Of a stretch of 64,000 nt of DNA, positions 20,003-30,378 are shown one piece after another. A program made the translations under genes and the position numbers. Below the pieces are notes generated by a model. That model was not told the origin of the DNA and did not search any database. It worked only from the letters and a program-made list of their open reading frames with translations. How positions within the stretch are numbered: the stretch's first letter is position 1; each line of letters starts with the position of its first letter. The DNA comes from a virus (lineage: Duplodnaviria > Caudoviricetes): IMG/VR virus record IMGVR_UViG_3300026085_000093, positions 172,367-236,366 of that record; one strand, 5' to 3'.

Positions 20003-21487
20003 TTAGCCGTCTAAGAATAGCATCCAGTTACCTCCTGAATACTCACCTTCCCAACTCTTAATCCAATCAGTACCTGTCCATTTATACTGTATACCAGTAT
20101 TAAGATTCTTAATATGTGTTATATCAGTTGTTGCACTAGCGTCAAACACAACTTGCCATGCTGTACCAGTCCATTCAATAATATCGTTTGCTTCTGCAAC
20201 AGGATCACTTGTGTCTGTATTTTTCCATGCATCAGGACCATCATATCCTGCTTTACCTACTTGATCGCTTGGATTAATATCACTTACTATTAATACTCTT
20301 AATCCTGTTGTTTTATATGAAGTTGGATTCCATTTTGAAGGCTCTATTACATAATCTATGCTTGTATAACTTGCAGGATTTCTAGCAGGTCCTGTGATTA
20401 CATCATTGCTAGGTAATGTATCAGAATCCCATGTAACACTAATAATTCTTTCATCAAGCGGATTTAAAGCAAATGTACCAACAATAAAGTTATCAGATCC
20501 TTCAGTTCGCATCCTAATTTGACTTAAACCTGCTGTGTACGTTCCTGGATATGCTTCTAGTAATACTCTCCAGTTAGTTGTTCCTACTTCACGATTATAA
20601 ACAATACGTGCTTGTGTACCTTCAACATACAACCCATAATCTCTAAATGTCGTGCTTTGTGTTACTCTCTCATTCAATAATGGATCTACTTTTCTTTGTG
20701 TCTCAATATCAACTTCACCCGAAGAATCTGTCGATTGTGTAGTTTGTTCTATAGGATGCAGTGCATCTTTATATGCACCTAATTCTGCTTCGCTATTACC
20801 TAGGTCAATGTCACCATTTTCTTCGTTAAAGATGTTTGCAATGATATTTGTAATTACGCCTAGTCGTTTAACTTTAGCAGGCGCACTTAGATAGATAGGA
20901 GTAGAAAATCCTAAAGTTGCAATATCTATTTCACTATCAACGCCTACTGGCACATTTCTATTACTAAAATTTACTAATTCTAAGTTGACTACACTTAAAC
21001 TTGTCCAGTCAATAAAATTGTCTGTTGTTTGAATTTCTAAACTAGGATTAAACAGTGTTAAAATTTGCTCCATAATTTGCAACTTCATTTCTGTGTTAGT
21101 TGCCCATATGTCAGCATTTACACTCAATGTATACGGAGCAGGATGTAGTCTCTCAACTGTATAGTTTTTGCCTTGTTCGTTTAAGTATTCTTTTCCTTGT
21201 GAATCGTATGCACGTTCTCTAATATTAACTTTGTTAACATAACTTGCATCGCTTAATCTTTGCCTATCTAATTCAATCCCTGTAATATAAACTGCCATCC
21301 GTGGCGCACTAGGAATTTTATTTTCGCTGTTGTCACGTATAATACTTGCAACTTGTCTTGTTAAATCACCGTATGTCACAGGTATTTGACGCAATTGACC
21401 ATCACCGTCTTGGTAACTAAAATTACTCAGTAAGCGTATAATCTGTGTTAGATATCTACGTATTTGTCCGTCATAAAAAAACTGCAT
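20003..21487 (-). CDS. gp15: Tail sheath stabilizer/terminator (T4 gp15-like) with C-terminal extension
   Basis: FFYDGQIRRY...F, VTYG, PRMAVYITG, PAPYTL, QIMEQILTLFNP motifs; adjacent to gp14. Confidence 0.75.
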   Translation of the reverse strand: MQFFYDGQIRRYLTQIIRLLSNFSYQDGDGQLRQIPVTYGDLTRQVASIIRDNSENKIPSAPRMAVYITGIELDRQRLSDASYVNKVNIRERAYDSQGKEYLNEQGKNYTVERLHPAPYTLSVNADIWATNTEMKLQIMEQILTLFNPSLEIQTTDNFIDWTSLSVVNLELVNFSNRNVPVGVDSEIDIATLGFSTPIYLSAPAKVKRLGVITNIIANIFNEENGDIDLGNSEAELGAYKDALHPIEQTTQSTDSSGEVDIETQRKVDPLLNERVTQSTTFRDYGLYVEGTQARIVYNREVGTTNWRVLLEAYPGTYTAGLSQIRMRTEGSDNFIVGTFALNPLDERIISVTWDSDTLPSNDVITGPARNPASYTSIDYVIEPSKWNPTSYKTTGLRVLIVSDINPSDQVGKAGYDGPDAWKNTDTSDPVAEANDIIEWTGTAWQVVFDASATTDITHIKNLNTGIQYKWTGTDWIKSWEGEYSGGNWMLFLDG

Positions 21488-22641
21488 CAGTTATCCGTCT
21501 TTATCTTCAATGCTTTTGATAGTGATTGTCTTTCTTGAACAATTTCACCGCCAATAGTACTTGTGTTTGTGTTATTAATGAACGTACCTTTTTGATGCGC
21601 TCTTGTTGATGTATTAGTTAGTGTTTGTCTTACGTTATCTTCAACCTTCACCCATCTTCTCCCATCATATCTAAATAGTCTGTTTGGAAAAAAGTCCGTT
21701 CTTAAAAAATAATCTCCAGATGCACTTGCATCAGGAAATGATAACCCACTGCCAAACGGTGAACCATTTGGTGCAAGTCCATCTCCTATTAGATAACCAT
21801 CATAACCTTCACGTATAGGAGTATCTAAGATAGAGTCTGCAAGTTCACCGCCGCTTGCATCTATTTCTGTTGTATCTGCTGTCCTTAATGTAGGTACACC
21901 ATTATCGTCTACTGCTACTGTAAAAAAGTGACTTGTTTCATATCCTGCGGCTTTTGCATTTGCTTCTGCTTGTTGTACAATAGCATTATTGATATTCATT
22001 TCAGTTTCAAATGTGCTCAGTACATCACGTAGTGTGTTTCCTGCTTCATCACCTGCAGGTAGATCAAGTATGTCTTTAAACTCTTGTGAATCGAATATTT
22101 GTTTTAGTTTAACTCTATATAAATGAGGATACCAAGTCTGTGAAAAACCTTCTGCTGCACGAGTAATTTCATCAACTACATAAAAACGTTTTAGTGCAAC
22201 ACTGTAGTCATTTGCAGCATACTCGTCTTTTAGGTGAGGTAATTCAAATACATCACCCGCCATAATTTTTCTACCAAGAGTTTTTACACTTTCATTTATA
22301 TGAATTGTCATAAACAACGTGTCGTTGCTTAAAAACAAACCAAACTGACTTAAATTAAAATCGTTATCTATAACATTATAAATGCCACGTATTGTGTAGA
22401 TATCTTGATCATATTTTCTATCTCTATTTTCTAAGAACAACATGTCTTGAATGTTAGTCTCTTTAACTGCGTCATACCGCGGCTGTTCTGCTGTTGCTTC
22501 TTCTTCTGTAGGATTTCTTGGCCCTAAGTACTTGTGTACATTCACGTCGGTGCCGCCGATGTAAAATTGTTCTCTAATTACATCATCTAAAAATGTATAA
22601 TCATTTGTTTTATTTGGTCTATATAAGCTTAAGCGTGGCAT
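21487..22641 (-). CDS. gp14: Neck protein (T4 gp14-like); start reassigned to ATG 22641 (MPRLSLY)
   Basis: IGGTDVNVHKY, LSQFGLFLSND, GDVFELPHL, GFSQTWYPHLY motifs; late box just upstream. Confidence 0.7.
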   Translation of the reverse strand: MPRLSLYRPNKTNDYTFLDDVIREQFYIGGTDVNVHKYLGPRNPTEEEATAEQPRYDAVKETNIQDMLFLENRDRKYDQDIYTIRGIYNVIDNDFNLSQFGLFLSNDTLFMTIHINESVKTLGRKIMAGDVFELPHLKDEYAANDYSVALKRFYVVDEITRAAEGFSQTWYPHLYRVKLKQIFDSQEFKDILDLPAGDEAGNTLRDVLSTFETEMNINNAIVQQAEANAKAAGYETSHFFTVAVDDNGVPTLRTADTTEIDASGGELADSILDTPIREGYDGYLIGDGLAPNGSPFGSGLSFPDASASGDYFLRTDFFPNRLFRYDGRRWVKVEDNVRQTLTNTSTRAHQKGTFINNTNTSTIGGEIVQERQSLSKALKIKTDN

Positions 22642-22646
22642 ACATA

Positions 22647-22668
22647 TATTTATCGCAACGAATAAATA
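22647..22668. promoter_or_regulatory. Back-to-back late promoter boxes for gp14 (minus, GATAAATA 22654-22647) and gp13 (plus, AATAAATA 22661-22668)
   Basis: Two TAAATA boxes on opposite strands in a 44-bp intergenic gap. Confidence 0.65.
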
Positions 22669-22685
22669 CAATACGGAGAACTTTT

Positions 22686-23447
22686 ATGGCAGCAAACTAC
22701 ATTGAACAAAAACAGGAAGTTTTCGACTATGTAAAGGCCTTTTTAGGCGGTGGTATGGTCGATGTTGAACTTGATCCAATACATTATGAAACTGCATTAA
22801 CTAAGGCACTTAGTAGATATAGACAACGTGTTGATCATAGTGTAGAAGAAAGTTATGTTACATTAACTTTAGTCGAAGATCAAAACGATTATATTCTTCC
22901 AAATGAAATACAGGAAGTAAGACAGTGTTTTAGAAGAAGTGTAGGTAGTAGATCTGCCGGAGGCGACGGAGGAACAATATTCGAACCGTTTAATCTTGCA
23001 TACACTAACACATATTTGTTAGCAAGTTCTGCTGTAGGTGGACTTGCAACTTATTATATGTTTGCAAGTTACCAAGAATTAGTAGGTAGAATGTTTGGTT
23101 CTTTTATTGAGTTTACATGGAACAATCCTACAAAAAAATTAACAATACTACAACGCCCGAGAGCAGATGAAGAAATTTTGTTATGGTGTTATAATTTTCG
23201 CCCTGACTCGCAACTGTTGGAAGACTATCTTTCAAAACAATGGATTAAAGATTACACATTAGCAGCATGTAAGTATATGTTAGGCGAAGCACGTGAAAAG
23301 TTTGCAACTATTGCCGGGCCACAAGGCGGCACAAGTTTAAACGGTGCAAGTTTAAAAGCAGAAGCACAAGCAGAAATGGAAAAACTTGATGCAGAAGCAG
23401 CATTGGCTGTTGCAGGCGGCGTAGGTTATAGTTTTGTTATAGGATAA
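22686..23447 (+). CDS. gp13: Neck protein (T4 gp13-like); start reassigned to ATG 22686
   Basis: LGGGMVDVELD, WIKDYTLA..KYMLGE.R.KF..IAGPQGGTSLNG; GGAG Shine-Dalgarno. Confidence 0.8.
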   Translation: MAANYIEQKQEVFDYVKAFLGGGMVDVELDPIHYETALTKALSRYRQRVDHSVEESYVTLTLVEDQNDYILPNEIQEVRQCFRRSVGSRSAGGDGGTIFEPFNLAYTNTYLLASSAVGGLATYYMFASYQELVGRMFGSFIEFTWNNPTKKLTILQRPRADEEILLWCYNFRPDSQLLEDYLSKQWIKDYTLAACKYMLGEAREKFATIAGPQGGTSLNGASLKAEAQAEMEKLDAEAALAVAGGVGYSFVIG

Positions 23448-23472
23448 ACTACGCATTTAATATAAATACACT

Positions 23473-24165
23473 ATGCAACAATTTAGCAGTAGTGTAATTC
23501 AATTTCTAAACGGTTTAGAATTTTTATACCCTGAAAACGTGACTGTATCTCAACTTAAACGAACTTTACATAAATTTCCTCAAGTTGAATATGCAATGGT
23601 AGATGCGTATAGTTTAGGACAATTGAAAAGTAAAAAATGGATGATAGAAAATTTGCCTAATGATATGGGTATAGTTTTCATATGTGCAGGTTGGTTTGGC
23701 ACTCTTGCAGGTATGATGTTTGAACACATTCCTGATAAGTTTGAAAAGATTAGAAGCTTTGATATAGATCCTAGTTGTGCAGATGTTGCTGATAATATTA
23801 ATCGTCCTTATGTAATGGATGGATGGCAATTTAAAGCAAGTACACTAGATATTAGAAAAATGACTTACCCAACTACACATGAAACTTTTAGAGCAAATGG
23901 TACAAGTTTAGAACTTACTGAAATGCCTAATACAATTATTAATACAAGTTGCGAACATATAGAAGACTTTACACAGTGGTATAATAACATTCCGTCAGGA
24001 ACAATTGTTGCACTACAAAATAACAATTATTATGAACATGACCAACATATAAATTGTGTACCTAATTTACAAACCTTTGCTGAACAAACGCCTATGCATG
24101 TTTTTTATGAAGGCGAGTTATCTTTAACAAAATACACTAGATTTATGCGGATAGGCATGAAATGA
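23473..24165 (+). CDS. Class I SAM-dependent methyltransferase-like protein
   Basis: FICAGWFG glycine loop, IRSFDID acidic motif II, IINTSCEH; TATAAATA at 23461-23468. Confidence 0.6.
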   Translation: MQQFSSSVIQFLNGLEFLYPENVTVSQLKRTLHKFPQVEYAMVDAYSLGQLKSKKWMIENLPNDMGIVFICAGWFGTLAGMMFEHIPDKFEKIRSFDIDPSCADVADNINRPYVMDGWQFKASTLDIRKMTYPTTHETFRANGTSLELTEMPNTIINTSCEHIEDFTQWYNNIPSGTIVALQNNNYYEHDQHINCVPNLQTFAEQTPMHVFYEGELSLTKYTRFMRIGMK

Positions 24166-24644
24166 ATATCGAACAAACAATCAAATACAAAGGAAAACCT
24201 AATAGAAAACATTTTTTAAATTGGTGGATAAAAAAACACAATATTAAAACAATGACTGAAGTAGGTGTAAGAGATGGTAGAACAACATTTCATTTGTTAG
24301 ATAACAATCCTGATCTTGTAATGTATGCAATAGATAAAAGCATTAAAGGATTTTATAATAAAGAAGTTCAAGAAAAGTACGGAGATAGGCTAAGGCCATT
24401 TGCAGGGTTAAGCGACTATTGTGCAAAAAATATTCCTGATAATTCTCAAGATTTAGTTTTTATAGATGCAGATCACAGTTATCCGTGGGTATGCAGAGAT
24501 ATAAAGGCATACACACCTAAGGTAAAAAAAGGCGGCTGGCTAACCGGACACGATATAGATTATGAAGGTGTTTATAAAGCAGTTAATGAACTTATAGTGA
24601 ACTATGACATTGGTACAAATAATGTTTGGCTAAAACAACTATAG
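24162..24644 (+). CDS. SAM-dependent methyltransferase (Methyltransf_24-like)
   Basis: EVGVRDG, LVFIDADHSY, KKGGWLTGHD motifs. Confidence 0.75.
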   Translation: MNIEQTIKYKGKPNRKHFLNWWIKKHNIKTMTEVGVRDGRTTFHLLDNNPDLVMYAIDKSIKGFYNKEVQEKYGDRLRPFAGLSDYCAKNIPDNSQDLVFIDADHSYPWVCRDIKAYTPKVKKGGWLTGHDIDYEGVYKAVNELIVNYDIGTNNVWLKQL

Positions 24645-24914
24645 ATCGTTATCATGCACATATAACTGTATAAGTGCATAATGCAAAATTTTCATTAAAT
24701 CTTTACGAGCATCATCCCGTGTACCTTTTTTACCATAACGATTAGAATACTTGTCAACATTGCCCATGCAAAATCCAGTTCCATGTCCTCTATCAATGAT
24801 TACTTCAGTTGACTGAAATTTATTTGTACTATAATGCCCGTCATATGTTTTATCAATATATGCTTGAAATTCTTCAATATATTTGTTTTCGTCAAACTTG
24901 TAATCTATGCTCAT
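24639..24914 (-). CDS. Conserved T4-like phage protein (DUF3310-like); start reassigned to ATG 24914
   Basis: HY...GHG.GFC.GN..KY..RYGKK...RKDL.K..HY pattern; AGGAG Shine-Dalgarno. Confidence 0.65.
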   Translation of the reverse strand: MSIDYKFDENKYIEEFQAYIDKTYDGHYSTNKFQSTEVIIDRGHGTGFCMGNVDKYSNRYGKKGTRDDARKDLMKILHYALIQLYVHDNDL

Positions 24915-24936
24915 AATATCTCCTAAGTTATTCGTA

Positions 24937-24965
24937 ATTGTAGCAAAAAATCTTATATTTGTCAA
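24937..24965 (-). promoter_or_regulatory. Sigma70-type promoter (minus strand)
   Basis: TTGACA-17 nt-TACAAT with TG extended -10. Confidence 0.75.
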
Positions 24966-25016
24966 CTATAAAGTGCGTGTTTTACCACTGATTTTAGGTA
25001 TATTTCTAGGCATACT

Positions 25017-25024
25017 GGTAAATA
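25017..25024 (+). promoter_or_regulatory. Late promoter box GGTAAATA for the tail sheath gene
   Basis: TAAATA box 40 nt before ATG; AAGGAG Shine-Dalgarno. Confidence 0.6.
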
Positions 25025-25063
25025 TAATATAGCAATAGTGAAATCCCAAAGGAGATTAAAAAA

Positions 25064-28000
25064 ATGGCTTTAACATCACCAGGCGTACAGGTCAGCGTTA
25101 TAGATGAGAGTTTTTACACTCCTGCTGAACCAGGTACAACACCACTAATTTTTGTGGCAACAAAACAAGATAAATCAAATCCTGCAGGCACAGGTATTGC
25201 CCCAGGTACAACAGCAGCAAATGCTGGCAAAGTATATTTAATAAGTTCACAGCGTGAACTATCAGAAACATTCGGCGATCCATTGTTCTACACAGATAAC
25301 AATGGTGCTTCGATTCATGGGGGCGAACAAAACGAATACGGTTTACAAGCAGCATACAGTTTCTTAGGCGTAGCAAATAGAGCCTATATTGTAAGAGCAC
25401 CAGTAGACACAAATGCAATCACAGCAAGTGCAACAGAAACAGCAGGTAAGCCTGCTAATGGTGCATGGTGGTTTGATACAAATGATTCATTCTACGGTGT
25501 GTTTGAATGGAACGGTGCAGCGGCTACTACAACAGGCGGACAAACATTTACTAACAAAGTTCCAACTGTAATTACAGATACAACAAAAGTTGTTGACTAT
25601 GCAGGCGCAGACTATACACCAAAAACATCAGTAGGTGCTGTAGGTGACTATGCACTAGTAGCAGTTACAACTACTAACAAACTATGGTACAAAAATGCAG
25701 ACGGTACTTGGGTAGAAGTAGGCGGTGCTGCATGGAGAAAAAGTTGGCCAGCAGTAACTGGTACAGCAGCAAATCCAACACTAACAATTGGTCAAGAACT
25801 AATTATTCGTGTTGAAGAAGCAAATAGTACTTCAACAGAGCATACAATTACACTTACAGGTACAACTGTTACATCTTTGGTTAGCCAAATTAATGTAGAT
25901 GCAGGACTTATAGCCGCAGGTGTTACTGCAAAAAATAACAACGGAAGACTTTCACTATATAATGCTGGTGGTACAACTGGCGGCAAGGGCGACTTGATCG
26001 ATGTTTTTGGTGATGCAGCATTGTTAAGTGCTCTAGGCATTACAGCTGGCGAATATTACTCACCAGAACTAACTATTGCTCCACATACAAGTGTTCCAGA
26101 GTATAAAACAAATGACACAGAACCAAGACCAACAGGTTCTATTTGGGTCAAAACAACAACACCTAATTTGGGTGCAAACTGGAATGTAAAACAGTACAGT
26201 TCAGCAACAGATGCTTGGACAACTGTAAGTGCTCCAATCTATGCAAATAACCACACAGCAATTTATCAAATGGATTCATCGGGTGGCGGCGCTGGTATTG
26301 CAGAAGGTGCTATCTATGTACAAAGTAACACAAGTGAAGAAGATTACGACAACTTAGCAAACTTTAAGATCTATCGTAAGAGTGGAAGCGGTGCAGTTAC
26401 AATTACATCAGCAAAAATTACAGCATCTACATTTCCAGCAGGCACATATTCATTTACAATGTCAGAAAGTTTATCAGGACAAAACTCAATGGATAGTGCA
26501 AAAACAATTTCGTTTACAGCAGCAGGTGCAACTGCTGATGCAGATACACTAGCAGGTGATATTAACTCAGCAGGATTTACAAATGTAAGTGCAAGCGTAG
26601 ATTCACAAAACAGAGTTGTTATTTCACATGCACTAGGTGGCGAAATTCGTATTGTTGATACAGACGGCATTGTTGATAACGCATATACAGTGTTTGATTC
26701 AACAGATGCTACAACTACTACAAACTTCTATTACACACCAGGTACTGACTCTAGCACATCACCTAAGCAATATATTGTTACATGGTGGAAAGCATTGTCA
26801 TATACTGCTTCAGAAGGTGCACCTACAAGTACACCAGCAGACGGTGCTCTATGGTACAGCAGCGTAGTAGATGAAGTAGACATGATGATTCATAATGGTA
26901 CATCATGGGTTGGTTATCATAATTTTGACCACACAGGCGGCGGCTTAGTAGGCGCAAGTAGCACAAACGATCCAGCAGGACCGATTGTTGCAGCAAGTGC
27001 TCCAACACAACAGTCAGACGGAAGTGCGCTAGTTGTTGGTGATCTTTGGATTTCAACAGCAGACTTAGAAAACTATCCACAAGTTTACAGATGGACAGCA
27101 GCAGGTGTTTGGGCATTACTAGACAACACAGATCAAACAACTGAAAACGGTGTACTATTTGCAGATGCACGTTATAACACAGCGGGTGCAAACAGTGACG
27201 AAGCAGGCACAATTGCAGATCTACTAGTAAGCAACTACTTAGACCCAGATGCTCCAGATCCAGCACTATATCCAAAAGGTATGTTGCTATGGAATACACG
27301 TAGAAGTGGGTTCAACGTAAAAGAATTCAAGCGTGATCATATTGATATCAATGCTGAAAACGCTCGTAATGGCGACGAATCTATGGCAGGCTACTATGCT
27401 AACCGTTGGGTAACAAAATCAGCAAACAACGAAGATGGTTCAGGATCATTTGGACGTAAAGCACAACGTAAAATTGTTGTACAAGCGTTACAAGCAGAAA
27501 TGAACAGCAACCAAGATATCCGTGATGACGAATCAAGAATCTTTAACTTGATTGCAACTCCAGGCTATCCAGAACTTATTGGTGAAATGGTAACACTAAA
27601 CAACGATCGTGGATTAACAGCGTTTGTTGTGGGTGATACTCCAATGAGACTAACACCTGATAGCACATCATTAACAAACTGGGCAAACAACATTGCAGGC
27701 GCAGTAGAAGATAATGATGACGGTGCAGTTACTAGTGATGAATACTTAGGCATGTATTATCCAGCAGGATTTACAAGTGATAACGCAGGAAACAACATTG
27801 TTGTTCCAGCATCACACATGGCACTAAGAACAATTGCATTAAACGACCAAGTTGCGTTCCCCTGGTTTGCTCCAGCAGGCACAAGACGTGGTAGTGTAAC
27901 TAATGCTACAGCATCAGGATATATCACAAGTGAAGGTGAGTTCCAAAGTGTTGCACTTAACGAAGGACAAAGAGATACATTATATTCTAAGAATATTAAC

Positions 28001-28393
28001 CCTATTTCGTTTATTAACGGAGCAGGACTTGTTGTCTTTGGACAAAAAACTCGTGCAGCAAATGCAAGTTCACTAGATAGAGTTAATGTTGCTAGACTTG
28101 TAGTTTACTTACGTAGTCAACTTAAAACACTTGCTAAACCTTTTATCTTTGAACCAAATGATAAGATTACAAGAGATAGTATCAAAGGACAAGTTGAAAG
28201 TCTACTAATTGAACTTACATCACTAAGAGCAATTTTTGACTACCTAGTTGTGTGTGACGAAACAAACAACACTCCGACAAGAATAGATAAAAACGAACTA
28301 TATGTAGACGTTGCTATCGAACCAGTTAAGAGTGTTGAGTTTATTTACATTCCACTACGCCTTAAAAACACAGGAGAAATTGCAAGTCTATAA
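25064..28393 (+). CDS. gp18: Tail sheath protein (T4 gp18-like), enlarged to 1109 aa by internal insertions
   Basis: MALTSPGVQV..IDES, LSETFGDP, PWFAPAGTRRG, RDTLYSKNINPI, FGQKT, LDRVNVARL, FEPND...TR, IEPVKSVEFIYI. Confidence 0.93.
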   Translation: MALTSPGVQVSVIDESFYTPAEPGTTPLIFVATKQDKSNPAGTGIAPGTTAANAGKVYLISSQRELSETFGDPLFYTDNNGASIHGGEQNEYGLQAAYSFLGVANRAYIVRAPVDTNAITASATETAGKPANGAWWFDTNDSFYGVFEWNGAAATTTGGQTFTNKVPTVITDTTKVVDYAGADYTPKTSVGAVGDYALVAVTTTNKLWYKNADGTWVEVGGAAWRKSWPAVTGTAANPTLTIGQELIIRVEEANSTSTEHTITLTGTTVTSLVSQINVDAGLIAAGVTAKNNNGRLSLYNAGGTTGGKGDLIDVFGDAALLSALGITAGEYYSPELTIAPHTSVPEYKTNDTEPRPTGSIWVKTTTPNLGANWNVKQYSSATDAWTTVSAPIYANNHTAIYQMDSSGGGAGIAEGAIYVQSNTSEEDYDNLANFKIYRKSGSGAVTITSAKITASTFPAGTYSFTMSESLSGQNSMDSAKTISFTAAGATADADTLAGDINSAGFTNVSASVDSQNRVVISHALGGEIRIVDTDGIVDNAYTVFDSTDATTTTNFYYTPGTDSSTSPKQYIVTWWKALSYTASEGAPTSTPADGALWYSSVVDEVDMMIHNGTSWVGYHNFDHTGGGLVGASSTNDPAGPIVAASAPTQQSDGSALVVGDLWISTADLENYPQVYRWTAAGVWALLDNTDQTTENGVLFADARYNTAGANSDEAGTIADLLVSNYLDPDAPDPALYPKGMLLWNTRRSGFNVKEFKRDHIDINAENARNGDESMAGYYANRWVTKSANNEDGSGSFGRKAQRKIVVQALQAEMNSNQDIRDDESRIFNLIATPGYPELIGEMVTLNNDRGLTAFVVGDTPMRLTPDSTSLTNWANNIAGAVEDNDDGAVTSDEYLGMYYPAGFTSDNAGNNIVVPASHMALRTIALNDQVAFPWFAPAGTRRGSVTNATASGYITSEGEFQSVALNEGQRDTLYSKNINPISFINGAGLVVFGQKTRAANASSLDRVNVARLVVYLRSQLKTLAKPFIFEPNDKITRDSIKGQVESLLIELTSLRAIFDYLVVCDETNNTPTRIDKNELYVDVAIEPVKSVEFIYIPLRLKNTGEIASL

Positions 28394-28402
28394 TCAGTTA
28401 AA

Positions 28403-28430
28403 TTTAGGGTCAGCGAAAGTTGACCCTAAA
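28403..28430. terminator. Stem-loop after the sheath gene (TTTAGGGTCAGC-GAAA-GTTGACCCTAAA)
   Basis: 12-bp stem with one G-U pair and a GNRA loop; symmetric A/T flanks. Confidence 0.65.
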
Positions 28431-28432
28431 CT

Positions 28433-28440
28433 GATAAATA
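28433..28440 (+). promoter_or_regulatory. Late promoter box GATAAATA for the tail tube gene
   Basis: Immediately follows the hairpin; AGGAG Shine-Dalgarno downstream. Confidence 0.65.
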
Positions 28441-28463
28441 CTTGTGAATAGGAGAAATATTAA

Positions 28464-29081
28464 ATGGCAATCTCATCATTAACAAAATTAAGTGTTCCAT
28501 TAGCAAGCGATCAGAGTGCAACATCTGAAGGCTTATTAATGCCTAAATTACAATATCGTTTTAGAGTAAACTTTATTAACTTTGGCGTCACTGCATCAAC
28601 CACAGAATTAACAAAACAAGTAATTGATGCTGCAAGACCAAACTTGACGTTTGAAAACATGCCAATTCCAGTTTACAATTCAACTGTACATTTAGCAGGT
28701 AAACATACATGGAACCCAATTACAATTACGCTTCGTGAAGATGTAAACAACAGTGTTCAAAAACTAGTTGGCGAACAGCTTCAGAAACAATTTGACTTTA
28801 TTAACCAAGCAAGTGCTGCATCTGGTATTGATTATAAGTTCCAAACTAACATTGAAATTTTAGATGGTGGTAACGGAGCAGCAGAAGCAGGTGTACTAGA
28901 AACTTGGGAAATTTATGGTTGCTACTTAACAGAAGTTAACTACAATTCTTTAGCATATGCAAACAGTGAACCAGTACAAACATCAATTACAATACAGTAT
29001 GATAATGCTGTACAAACACCAAATGGTGAAGGAGTAGGAGCAGCAGTTCCTAGAACTATTGGAACAAGTACAACTGGTTAA
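28464..29081 (+). CDS. gp19: Tail tube protein (T4 gp19-like)
   Basis: PKLQYRFRV, RPNLTF, LAGKHTWNPITITLR, WEIYGCYL..VNY..L, ITIQYDNA; follows the sheath gene. Confidence 0.88.
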   Translation: MAISSLTKLSVPLASDQSATSEGLLMPKLQYRFRVNFINFGVTASTTELTKQVIDAARPNLTFENMPIPVYNSTVHLAGKHTWNPITITLREDVNNSVQKLVGEQLQKQFDFINQASAASGIDYKFQTNIEILDGGNGAAEAGVLETWEIYGCYLTEVNYNSLAYANSEPVQTSITIQYDNAVQTPNGEGVGAAVPRTIGTSTTG

Positions 29082-29104
29082 TAGCAAATAAGAGATTGCT
29101 TTAG

Positions 29105-29130
29105 AAAAGGGAACTTCGGTTCCCTTTTTT
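29105..29130 (+). terminator. Intrinsic terminator AAAAGGGAAC-TTCG-GTTCCCTTTTTT
   Basis: Perfect stem, cUUCGg tetraloop, U-tract. Confidence 0.88.
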
Positions 29131-29166
29131 ATTATCTACACACTTTACATAAACGATAAATACAGT

Positions 29167-30378
29167 ATGGCATTTAACGGATTTTTTGATAATATAAAAA
29201 ACTATAATGGTCCTAAAGGTAATTTAGGAGATTATGATCATGCATCTAGAGTATTCCGCTCTAACAATATGCGTCTTGCTCCTAAGCACAAGTTTCTGTA
29301 TCATGTTGTGTTAAACATAAATCCAGATGTTAAACCAGATACACTTATAGATAATTTTACACAAGAAGATATTCATATTTTGGCAAAAAGTGCTGACTTA
29401 CCAAAATACAGACCGCAAGTAGAAGTTTTAAATCAATATAATAGAAAAAAACTTTTACAAACAAGAATAGATTATCAGCCAGTTAGAATTGAATTCCATG
29501 ACGATAATGCAGGGTTGACAACATTGTTATGGGAAGCATATTTTAGATATTATTATGCAGACGGTGATCATCAAAAACAAAGTGCGTCAGCAGCCCCAGA
29601 TATTGCACCAGACGAAAGATATAGAAGAAGTGCATTTGGATCTAACAATACATATTTTACAAACTTTACCCATAGATATGGTTTAGATAAACCAAATAAA
29701 ACCTATCAGTTTTTTGATTCTATTCAAATTTTTCAATTGCATCCTTTGAATAAAAAATCACATTATACATGCTTTACTTTAGTTAATCCTTTAATAGAAG
29801 ACTTTTCTCATGATAATGTACAATCTGAAGGTAGCGAATTTTCGACTAATACAATGACAGTTGCATACGAAACAGTTCATTACGAAAGAGGAGAACTATT
29901 AGAAGGCGTAGCACCTACATCTTTTGCAGACCCAAGACACTATGATACTAGACCAAGTCCTATACAAGAAGGAGGCAGTAGTTTCGGAACCAGTAAAGTT
30001 ACAACTACACCATTTGGCAGTGTTTCACCACAAAAAGGAAGAACTAATTCTATAGAAGCGTTTGCAAAAAGTTTCCTAAAAACATCTGCTTCTAAATTTT
30101 TAGGAGATAAGATAAATTTAGATAGATTAGGTTTACAACCTAATGCAAATGCAGGACTTACATCTAGAGGAATAAATCAGTCAGGACAAGGCGGTATTAA
30201 TTGGGCAAACACAAAATCATCAGGATCAGAACAACGATCTGCAAAACAAAGAACTGATTTGACAGATAATTTACCTGCTAACTCAAGACCTTTTAAGGGC
30301 AGTTACAATAATAGAAATGAAAAATTAGTTAATGTAAACGGAAAAACTTATGTTGTACCTAGAGAGGAATCTGCATAA
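29167..30378 (+). CDS. Tail-tube-fold baseplate protein (gp48/gp54-like)
   Basis: ADLPKY...NQYNRK...YQPVRIEFHDD, LVNPLIEDFSHD, VAYE tube-fold motifs; GATAAATA at 29155-29162. Confidence 0.6.
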   Translation: MAFNGFFDNIKNYNGPKGNLGDYDHASRVFRSNNMRLAPKHKFLYHVVLNINPDVKPDTLIDNFTQEDIHILAKSADLPKYRPQVEVLNQYNRKKLLQTRIDYQPVRIEFHDDNAGLTTLLWEAYFRYYYADGDHQKQSASAAPDIAPDERYRRSAFGSNNTYFTNFTHRYGLDKPNKTYQFFDSIQIFQLHPLNKKSHYTCFTLVNPLIEDFSHDNVQSEGSEFSTNTMTVAYETVHYERGELLEGVAPTSFADPRHYDTRPSPIQEGGSSFGTSKVTTTPFGSVSPQKGRTNSIEAFAKSFLKTSASKFLGDKINLDRLGLQPNANAGLTSRGINQSGQGGINWANTKSSGSEQRSAKQRTDLTDNLPANSRPFKGSYNNRNEKLVNVNGKTYVVPREESA

